From a virus (lineage: Duplodnaviria; Heunggongvirae; Uroviricota; Caudoviricetes), in IMG/VR virus record IMGVR_UViG_2687453424_000001: 64,000 nucleotides of DNA; one strand, 5' to 3'. The translations under genes and the position numbers were made by a program. The notes under the pieces are model-generated. The model was not told the DNA's origin. It saw only the letters and a program-made list of their open reading frames with translations, and did not search any database. Each line of letters begins with the position of its first letter. The first letter of the stretch is position 1. Positions 8,301-15,245 of this stretch are shown in pieces.

Positions 8301-10702
8301 GTTCGGGGATGACCAACGCGGAAGCGGCGGAAATCATGCAGCGTGTACGTAACAGTGGCAAACAGGCACAGTATGACCGTCTGGCAGGGATTATTGACGA
8401 TATGCTGGCCCGTCGCCGTGAGCTTATCCGTCAGGCCGGACTTGAAGAGAACGGTGTGGTGGATGCCTGGCAGAACGCCTACCGTTACTACGTTCCCCTG
8501 AAAGGTCAGGATGTTGACGGTGTGGTGTCACTGCCCCGTACAGGTAAGGGCTTCACCATCGGCGGACGTGAAAGCAGGCAGGCCATGGGGCGTGCATCCC
8601 GGGCACAGTCTCCGTCCACTCAGGCGATACAGGACCTGAGCGAATCGCTGATCCGCCATCGCAAAAACGAAGTGGGTAACGCCTTCCTGAAACTGGTGCA
8701 GGATAATCCCGACAAGGATTACTGGCAGGTATTCACCGATGACAGACCGGATACCATGCGGACGATTGCAGAGCGCAAGGACCAGGAAACTGGTGAAACC
8801 ATTCGCGAAGCTGTCGAACGCCCTGTACCGATGGCAATGATGGCAGACCGGTACTTCACCACCAAAAAGAACGGCAAAACGTACTACATCAAACTCCATG
8901 ATCCGCGCCTGATGCGTGCGATGAAGAATATGGGACCGGAAACCAGTAACGCCGTAATCCGCACGCTGGGGAAAGTTAACCGCTTCCTGGCAACGGTGAA
9001 CACGTCGTATAACCCGGAATTCCTGGTCAGTAACTTCATCCGTGACGTGCAGACGGCGGTGATGAACCTGAAGGCGGAGCAGGGAAGGAGCGACGGTAAA
9101 CTGAAAGGGCTGGATAACTTATCCGCCCTGGCTGTGGTGAAAGACAGCCGTTCTGCCATGTCAGCCGTATACGCCAGTCTGCGTGGTAAAACCCTCACGG
9201 GAAAAGGTGCACAGTGGCAGAAGGTGTGGAAAGAGTTTGTTGAGGACGGAGGGAAAACCGGCTGGTTTAACATGGGTGACCTTGAAGGCCAGCAGAAGGA
9301 AATGGATCGCCTTGTCTCACTGGCGAAGGGGGGATGGAAAGGCCAGAGTATCGGTGCATGGAATTCGTTCCTTAACCTTGTCGAGGATGCCAACGGTGCG
9401 GTTGAAAACGCTCTGCGTCTTTCTGCCTATAAGCACGCCCGTGATACCGGTTTGTCACGCCAGCAGGCGGCGTCTCTTGCCAAAAACATGACGGTGAACT
9501 TTAACCGTCGTGGTGAGCAGGGGGCGCTGATGAATTCGCTGTACATGTTCGCCAACGCCAGCATTCAGGGAACGGCAAATCTGGTGAGAACGCTCGGACA
9601 TCTTAATGGTGAGGGACCTTTACTGGAGCGCCTTCGCTGGAAGAATCTGAATGTTCCGCAGAAAATCGCGCTTGCCGCTGTGGGAGCAGGTTATCTGCTT
9701 GGCTCGCTTAACCGCAGCGTGGCGGGTGAGGATGATGACGGGGTTAACTGGTATGACAAGGTGCCGTCTCATGTGAAAGAGCGTAACCTCGTCATTATGA
9801 AATCGGTGTTCGGGGGCAAGGCCGGAGAGTACTGGAGTATTCCTCTGCCTTACGGGTACAACGTTTTCTTCCTGCTCGGGCATACTGCTGAAGGTGTGGC
9901 GGCGGGTGACCTGACGGCGTCCCGTGCTGCCGGTAATGTTGTTGGTGGTGTGCTTGGTGCATTCAGCCCGATTGGCAGTGAGACGTCGGAAACACTGTCC
10001 GGGGCATTGCTGAAAAATGCAGCGCCGACCATTCTGCGTCCGTTTGCGAACCTTGCCATGAATGAAAACTTCATGGGGGCGCAGATTTACCAGGAGAACA
10101 TGCCGTTTGGTACACCAAAACCTGACAGCCAGCTGGGAAGACGTTCAACGCCAGAAGCGTACAAGGCGTTTGCATCCTGGCTGAATGCGTTCTCTGGTGG
10201 CAGCCAGTACCGTCCCGGCGCGGTGGATATCACACCGGAATCGCTGAAATACTGGGTGGACTATATCTCCGGAGGGACAGGGCGCTTCATTTCCAAAACC
10301 ACGGATGCGGCGGTGAAATCGCTGAATGGTATTGATATACCGGAGCAGCAGGTGCCCTTCCTGGGGAAAATTTCAGGTGAGGTGATGCCGTATGCTGACC
10401 AGCAGAAGATGTACGACCGGATGACAGAGGTTGCGCAGTATCACGCAGAGCTGAAGAGTCTGACCGGTGCAGAAAGAACGGCGTTCATTGACGAGAACAA
10501 CGGAAAATTGTCGATGAACGGGCTTATGCAGGATACCCGGAAGAGACTGAAGGATTTGCGTAAACAGCGTGATGCCATTTACGCCGACAGTACTCTCAGT
10601 CTGGCGCAACAGTCGGCGATGGTGAAATCGGTTGAGCGGGATATGAAAATTGCCGTGGATCGGTTTAACCGCGAGTACAACAAAAAAGTGGGAGTGGAGT
10701 AA
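2318..10702 (+). CDS. giant multidomain protein (2,794 aa) with two HExxH zincin-type motifs; candidate virion-packaged/injected or polyvalent protein of a phage or conjugative element; family not identified
   Basis: Uninterrupted 8.4 kb reading frame, impossible by chance. ATG 2318 preceded by GGAG 2309-2312 (5-nt spacer) just after the terminator; the ORF-track start at 2279 would place the terminator hairpin inside the CDS. HEWFH at nt 6167-6181 (aa ~1284) and HEIIHHAMEH at nt 6968-6997 (aa ~1551); acidic/Pro-rich low-complexity region ~3650-4950; hydrophobic segments ~9660-9980; stop TAA 10700-10702. Confidence 0.8.
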   Translation: MAYSEEQRPEAQLGNQNRNSLNIQQPGETDSYEAFFSDPNRWKDNSTSFSLGDVLPTMGKGFAQSVRGTGEMARGLGDAMIQSPVKTGVRILNEFSRMGLPGVATVQDIFAGGSRGADEVIDTLPDGKNAVTDTVGKGLKATGKAVSDGAEATDEWLTGKMSPGAVRALNTPMSEGYDDPAVWLTKGMNFVGAVATDVFAGGVAKKVGDVTLRKMLTAGLEKKYIAAGMQPERASALAAEAVDKKMPDLFQAGLITHSTASAQGQSAMAAADAVLNADYSELAQSPKFQQMFLSIDADPQHAQLTDRQKMDLAKERVADEVRAQLATDPQLLAVNAMAAKLGDAQLLNLAMRGTAKTVKSGIVRNATAQGAINAAQGGYSRYQENTALRETAGMDVSPWEGVADATIEGAALGAAMGAPFGAVAGYRGRRQAAEETAMRDAETVQQDDAAPQPESVDPVAQHRESMQGMNREQLLEQYADADMATEGDASATHRREAASQLLNELDEQAKRQAVMNELKAKPRPELLEEYRKLSLKEGRTDTEEQQFQAIREVIRPQQEVTPEAQSQPENAEDGNGSIYPTVRFRDPNEVRIEINGNGASRPAERIEKVRPDNRYFTDEKSAMGSDVFRNAAATGLKPSVVKKGENQYAVEMDNPAFSEDVATETINTLADRERIADADPMEQPAFMRDPRFRGFTGDDTEVQARLARGNAPTAEELVRSQMAEGDAGPTAQELTERPRLPAPGDIHPGQGYPLPGEVARTPDENQAGRGGRFTTTGEVKGQSFQKGRAPAPENAAGRQGEILEGETVRRGLPSPDAQNATAPVREGLPAPDIARNVRMPQPESLPRTVRDSLPELAQQAEVRRQAGGNRDIPQPETIAPESETTVSTDREATVRGGEVRGKKIEDFGEEIKGAAKHRYAQLAETLGKTLEDRDYATQPLSKLFPKPDYAKLANEGADADTLAMIALYRSDIPAKTKHNTAGWGESIKKVRHSVSEMLNGTVSAKRLAEWMEGRMPSRYADTWQLLRTLPPSQMDRASAYRVVSGVYQAAGGKRYDPPQKLYSLRNKDNKGSNLFFSESRDELLAKAKVWFAEQEEKSQAKGDEKTAPSPDDKIRFDVYRNTRSGDIFIAYGKNKMRVRGGFKSASDARKYIDSHRDELVRHVKEMREISREEQRNATNRDRTGPERRKGNVSPEQFSDAFGFRGVQFGNYVEGPRRQADLNRAYDSLHDLAEVLNVPTKALSLNGRLGLAFGARGKGKAAAHYESGEVAINLTKGNGPGALAHEWFHSLDNYFGRYDVSNDGKITSGGDFMTEAQRVRRIFKDGRYVDAEYPVRQEVYDAFKGVIQAIKNSDMPRRSALLDEVRSKPYWSTDVEMAARAFERYVQDKARMAGVENDYLVNIRKAPEHNTDNTYAYPTNAELDGGIREAFDHLFRTLKTRETDKGVAFYSRKGVTRTPEGNLISDVNRSAEAKGSPVPQVEAVARGVMSGIKDSDLKVRVVKSQKEAEALAGELFDGYGRVHAFYRPDKREIVLVADNIPDGRTVREKLRHEIIHHAMEHVVTPAEYQTIIKTVLKTRDSDNVTIREAWRKVDASYGKESPEVQAGEFLAHMAEKQPNKFVAAWERVVALVKGVLRRTGLLKPTELNDIRLVRETIRTLGLRVREGYTPREDGAGASSQYSRSGKPDPFKVPEGEGERYRDDLARMMKSLRSGAMTANIGRTPPVLRHLGAPDLPLVISRDTVRKATNGVKHVVPMDVIERLPELMHDPDAIYRSATERNAVVMLLDAVDKNGDPVVSAVHMKATDKRIEINKVASVYGTKGGMNKANSLDKAGLTLYRKEKLSRDNPQYSGLQLPKEERSYRGSVDKILYPEDIRNGPYYSRTSSLTPEETIASRFVRQMQDKFQVLKAVQENIRKTGGKIDDSNNAYMAEELFHGKAENDLNVMKERYVQPLAKLLADYKIAQADLDEYLYARHAPERNAHIAKINPKMPDGGSGMTNAEAAEIMQRVRNSGKQAQYDRLAGIIDDMLARRRELIRQAGLEENGVVDAWQNAYRYYVPLKGQDVDGVVSLPRTGKGFTIGGRESRQAMGRASRAQSPSTQAIQDLSESLIRHRKNEVGNAFLKLVQDNPDKDYWQVFTDDRPDTMRTIAERKDQETGETIREAVERPVPMAMMADRYFTTKKNGKTYYIKLHDPRLMRAMKNMGPETSNAVIRTLGKVNRFLATVNTSYNPEFLVSNFIRDVQTAVMNLKAEQGRSDGKLKGLDNLSALAVVKDSRSAMSAVYASLRGKTLTGKGAQWQKVWKEFVEDGGKTGWFNMGDLEGQQKEMDRLVSLAKGGWKGQSIGAWNSFLNLVEDANGAVENALRLSAYKHARDTGLSRQQAASLAKNMTVNFNRRGEQGALMNSLYMFANASIQGTANLVRTLGHLNGEGPLLERLRWKNLNVPQKIALAAVGAGYLLGSLNRSVAGEDDDGVNWYDKVPSHVKERNLVIMKSVFGGKAGEYWSIPLPYGYNVFFLLGHTAEGVAAGDLTASRAAGNVVGGVLGAFSPIGSETSETLSGALLKNAAPTILRPFANLAMNENFMGAQIYQENMPFGTPKPDSQLGRRSTPEAYKAFASWLNAFSGGSQYRPGAVDITPESLKYWVDYISGGTGRFISKTTDAAVKSLNGIDIPEQQVPFLGKISGEVMPYADQQKMYDRMTEVAQYHAELKSLTGAERTAFIDENNGKLSMNGLMQDTRKRLKDLRKQRDAIYADSTLSLAQQSAMVKSVERDMKIAVDRFNREYNKKVGVE

Positions 10703-10706
10703 AGAA

Positions 10707-10734
10707 CATGCCCCGTACGGAAGTGCGGGGCATG
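10707..10734 (+). terminator. perfect 9-bp stem / 10-nt loop hairpin directly after the giant gene; possible terminator or RNA processing site (no U-tract)
   Basis: CATGCCCCG (10707-10715), loop TACGGAAGTG, CGGGGCATG (10726-10734), 5 nt after the stop codon; followed by CTTAACGGG rather than a T-run, so not a canonical intrinsic terminator. Confidence 0.3.
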
Positions 10735-11139
10735 CTTAACGGGATGTGTACATAAATGGGTACTAATATGACGATTATTTCGGTGCTTTATGTATTTAAA
10801 TCAATGAGTTAATACTTGTATTCATTATATGTCTCATGTCCCTTTGATGGCTGGAACCCCATGTAGCATGGAGACAAGAAGGATGAGGAGGGTGGATGCC
10901 CCCTGCATGAAGGGGAAACTTGGATTTCTGGAGGTCCTCTGTGTGACAGGGAACAGGTTGGGTTGGCTTTTGTGACTGAGGATCAGAGGAGTGGATAAGA
11001 GGGACATTGTGCTCCCAGTTACAAACTACTTGCTCAGGGAGGGGAAACAGAAAAGGTCTTTTGTCAGCACCTGAGGAAGCCTCCAGGCTAATGAGCTAAT
11101 TACCTTGCAGGTAATTGCCCTGGCAGTCCCTGGCCATGC

Positions 11140-12431
11140 AAAGCAACCATGCCACCCAAGGCTTTGTGCAACCTGGCCTTCAACACTGCCAGGGATGGAG
11201 CATTCACAACCTCCCTGGGCAACCCATTCCAGTGCCTCACCACCCTCTCAGTAAAGAATTTCTTACTTAGATCTAATCTAAATTTCTCTGTTTAAGATTT
11301 AACCCATTGCCCCTTGTCCTATCACTACAGTCTCTAATGAAGAGTCGGTCTCCAGCATCCTTATAGCCCCCCTTCAGATACTGGAAGGCTGCTGTGAGGT
11401 CTCCACGCAGCCTTCTCTTCTCCAGGCTGAGCAGCCCCAACTTTCTCAGCCTGTCTTCATACGGGAGGTGCTCCAGTTCCCTGATCATCCTCGTGGCCCT
11501 CCTCTGGACCTGTTCCAACAGTTCCATGTCCTTTTTATGTTGAGGACACCAGAACTGCACACAATACCCAAGTGAGGTCTCAGGAGAGCAGAGCAGAGGG
11601 GCAGGATCACCTCCTTCGACCTGCTGGTCACGCTCCTTTTGATGCAGCCCAGGATACGGTTGCTTTCTGGGCTGCGAGCACACACGGTAGCCGGCTCATG
11701 TTCATTTTTCATCGACCAACACCCCCAAGTCTTTCTCTGCAGGGCTGCTCTGGATCTCTGCTCTGCCCAATCTGTAGCGGTGCCTGGGAATGCTCCAACT
11801 CAGGTGTAGGACCTTGCACTTGGCATGGTTAAACTTCATAAGGTTGGCATCAGCCCACCTCACAAGCATGTCAAGGTCCCTCTGGATGGCATCCCTTCCC
11901 TCCAGCATATGAACCAAACCACACAGCTTGGTGTCATCGGCAAACTTGCTGAGGGCGCACTCAATCCCACTGTCCATGTCACCAACAAAGATGTTGAACA
12001 AGACCGGTCCCAACACCCATCCCTGAGGGACACCACTCATTACTGGTATCTAGCCGGACACTAAGACATTGACCACAACTCTTTGCATGCGGCCATCCAG
12101 CCAGATCTTTATCCACCGAGTGGTCCACCCATCAAATTGATGTCTCTCCAATTTAGAGACAAGGATGTCGTATGGGACAGTGTCGAACGCTTTGCACAAA
12201 TCCAGGTAGATGACCTCAACTGCTCTACCCCTGTCCATCAGTTCCGTAGCCCCATCATAGAAGGACACCAAACTGGTCAGGTAGGATTTCCCCTTTGTGA
12301 AGCCATGCTGGCTGTCACCAACCACCTCCTTGTTTTTCATGTGCCTTAGCATGCCTTGCAGGAGAATCTGCTCCAAGAGTTTGCCAGGCACAGAGGTGAG
12401 ACTGACTGCTCCGTAATTCCCTGGGTCATCC
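11140..12431 (-). mobile_element. CR1 (chicken repeat 1) LINE fragment, ORF2 reverse-transcriptase and C-terminal region, 3' part
   Basis: Minus-strand translations give hallmark CR1 ORF2 peptides: [95 protein letters not shown], and further upstream [16 protein letters not shown]...[16 protein letters not shown]. Confidence 0.8.
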
Positions 12432-12962
12432 ATTTTTCCCTTTTTTCGTGGTTTAAGCCCCGGCTGTAAATTAGAACCACGCAGTCTACTTCCCCCCCAC
12501 CCCCCCGACGGGATGGGGAGGAGAATCGAAAGAATGTAACTCCCATGGGTTGAGATAAAAACAGTCCAGTAACTAAGGTATAACACAAATCACTACTGCT
12601 GCCACCAATAATAATAATGATAAGAGAAATAACAAGGGAAGAGAATACGATACCGCCCGCCGGAAAAGAGAGCCCGACAGAAAGAGGACGTGCCCTTCCG
12701 GGTAGCTCCCAGTTACATCCCCTGGCATGACCTGCTGTGGTATGGAATACCTCTTTGGCTAGCCTGGGTCAGGTGTCCTGTCCTCGCTTCCTCCCAGCCC
12801 CCCCTCCTCCCTGGCAGAGCATGAGACTCACAAAGTCCTTGGTCAGTCTAAACATCGGTGTTATCAGCTTTGTTCCCAGGCCAAAAGTCAAAAACACAGT
12901 GCTGCAACAGCTACTAAGAAGGAGGAAAAAATGACTGCTACTGCTGAACCCAGGACAGTATA
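12432..12962 (+). repeat. ~0.55 kb interspersed repeat, copy 1, inserted inside the CR1 element; unclassified (solo-LTR-like or non-autonomous element)
   Basis: Begins TGGTTTAAGCCCCGGCTGTAAATTAGAACCACGCAGTCTACTTCC and ends ...AAAATGACTGCTACTGCTGAACCCAGGACA; same unit recurs at 13925-14488, 28205-28750 and inverted at 48690-48962. Confidence 0.6.
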
Positions 12963-13044
12963 TAATGATAAAGGAAATAACAAGGAAGAGAATATAACCG
13001 CTCACCATCCGGTACCTCGCCCCCACCCCGCATTGATCTAGCCC

Positions 13045-13300
13045 TGTTGGCAGATCCTCTGGTGTTTTCCAACCAGTTGGCCTTTGGTAAGTGTGTATCC
13101 CAATGTCTGAAAGTTCCCCCACCCATTGCTCTCAGTGTAGTTTTTAACAGCCCGTTGTACCATCCGATTTTCCCAGAGGCTGGTGCATGGTAGGGGATGT
13201 GATATACCCACTCAATGCCATGCTCTTTGGCCCAAGTGTCTATAAGGTTATTCTGGAAATGAGTCCCATTGTCTGATTCAATTCTTTCTGGGGTGCCATG
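13045..13300 (-). mobile_element. retroviral/LTR-retrotransposon integrase catalytic-core fragment (pseudogene), part of the insertion into CR1
   Basis: Minus-strand translation HGTPERIESDNGTHFQNNLIDTWAKEHGIEWVYHIPYHAPASGKIGWYNGLLKTTL matches the integrase core (SDNG...HIPYHP...SGKIER.N) pattern. Confidence 0.55.
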
Positions 13301-13377
13301 TCACCACAAAATCTGGTTCTCAAGGCCCAGGATAGTGTTCCGGGCAGTGGCGTGGGGCACAGCGTATCAGGAAACCG

Positions 13378-13925
13378 TTCTTGAAAATGGGGGTTATATT
13401 TCCCTTTTTCCAGTCATCGGGAACTTCACCTGACTGCCATGATTTTTCAAATATGATGGCCAGTGGCTTAGCAACTTCATTTGCCAGCTCCTTCAGGACC
13501 CGCGGATTGATTTCATCTGGTCCCATGGACTTGTGCACATTCAGGTTGTTCGGATGGTCTCAATCCAGACCCTCTTCTGCAGTGGGCCCAAGGTTTTAAT
13601 TCTCACAGTTCCTGCATCTGCCTTCCAAGACTTGGGTTATCAGAGCATTTGCACTGAAGACTGAGGCAAAGAAGTCATTAAGAACCTCAGCCTTCTCCAA
13701 ATCCAGGGTAGCCAGTTCTCCTGATAGCCTCTAGAGAGGGCCCAAGTTGTCCGTAGTCTGTCTTTTATTTGCTATGTAGCTATAGAATCCCTTCCTGTTA
13801 TCTTTCACATCCCTAGCCATGTTTAATTCTAACAGGGCCTTAGCTTTCCTAACCTGGTCCATAGCTTCCCGGAAAACATCCCTGTATTCTTCCCAGGCTC
13901 CATGTCCTTGCTTCCCCCTTTTTGT
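13378..13925 (-). mobile_element. CR1 LINE fragment, upstream ORF2 portion of the same element as 11140-12431
   Basis: Minus-strand peptide [49 protein letters not shown] directly precedes, in CR1 ORF2 order, the [22 protein letters not shown] peptide at ~12430; 13600-13925 is near-identical in reverse complement to 21180-21500 of the plus-strand CR1. Confidence 0.75.
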
Positions 13926-14488
13926 CCTGCTTTAAGCCCAGTCGGCAACCCAAAACCACACAGCCGCTCGCTCGCTCCCCCCTTACTGCCCCCACTCCTG
14001 GATGGATGAGGAGGAGAATCGAAAGAATTTAACTCCCACGGGCTGAGATAAGAGCAGTCCAGTAACTAAGGTATAACACAAACCACTGCTGCTAACACCA
14101 ATAATAATAATGATAACGGAAATAACAAGGGGAGAGAATGCAACTGCTCACCACCCTCTGACCCATATCCATCCTTACCTGAGCACTGATCTAGCCCTTC
14201 TGGGTAAGTGCCCCCAGGTTATATACTGTGCATGACGTGCTCTGGTATGGAATACCTCTGGCTAGTTTGGGTCAGGTGTCCTGTCTCTGCTTCCTCCAGG
14301 CTTCCCCTCCTCCCTGCCAGAGCATGAGACTCACAAAGTCCTTGGTCAGGGTAAACATTACTGAGCAAAGACTAAAACCATCGGTGTTATCAGCATAGAT
14401 CCCAGGCTGAAAGTCAAAAACACAGCACTGCACCATCTGCTGAGGAGAAAAATGACTGCTACTGCTGAACCCAGGACACTTTCATAAG
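13925..14488 (+). repeat. ~0.55 kb interspersed repeat, copy 2, abutting the 5' end of the CR1 fragment
   Basis: TTTAAGCCCAGTCGGCAACCCAAAACCACACAGCCGCTCGCT ... AATAATAATAATGATAACGGAAATAACAAGG ... AAAATGACTGCTACTGCTGAACCCAGGACAC; colinear with copies 1 and 3. Confidence 0.6.
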
Positions 14489-15245
14489 TCTCTTTTTTCC
14501 CTCAAAGTTTCCTCAGCAGCTCCTTATCCATCCGAGGTCTCCTGGCCCTCCTGCTGCACTTCCTTCTTGTTGGGATACAACATTCCTGAGCTTCACTGAA
14601 AGAGCATTTATTTACTGGCATAACATTGCTGAGGGCTTTTTAGGGGTTTTCTATGACTGAAAAAGTATTGAAACAGGGAGAAGTTGTCAGCTCTTCGTAG
14701 CTTAGTGCAGAGCCAGGAGAGCTGCAGTGTCCATCAGTCCTTTCCCATTTGCCCTTTGCTTACACTTGCACTCCCTGTAAGATGCCTTCACACACATTGA
14801 ATTTAAGAACCCCCAAACACTTGTCCTGTGCTGAGAGCGGGGCAGCACGGTTTCAAAGGCAGATCATGGAGCTCTCATGAGGAGAAACAAAAGAACTGTG
14901 CCCAGCAGAGCATGGCCAGCAGCCACCTCCAGTGCCAGAAACCAAGAGAGCTGCCTGAATGCACCCTCCCCAGGCCTGGGCTGCAGTGAGGGGTCACTAC
15001 TCCAGGGGAAGCGCAAAGCTTCTATGAGAAACTTGTGAGTGTGGGCAGAGAGTGGGGTGTGCACAGCAGAGAGGGTGCTAGAGGCAGGAAGCTGTCCCAA
15101 ATGAGGTGCCCTGTCCCCACAGCATGGGGTACCTTGCACCCAAGGACACCACCTTTCCTTCCGGCTCTTGCCAGGAAGTTCTCAATCCAGACCATTCCCT
15201 TTTCCCACTGCTCTCCCATGGTGCTTAGTTCTCTATCCTGATGGC

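Noticed and set aside
2560-10609. Antisense and out-of-frame ORFs inside the giant gene (e.g. 3455..3988 -, 4871..5389 -, 8884..9393 -, 4605..5138 +)
   Set aside because: All are fully contained in the 8.4 kb forward frame, lack RBS-like sequences, and have skewed Arg/Ser/Pro-rich composition typical of alternate-frame translation of GC-rich coding DNA.
1-10740. Phage or plasmid DNA genuinely integrated into the bird genome (horizontal transfer)
   Set aside because: No integrase, att-like repeats or target-site duplication at the boundary; intact bacterial RBS and terminators and unadapted codon usage argue for recent contamination or chimeric assembly. A second unrelated bacterial block at the other end makes artefact far more likely.
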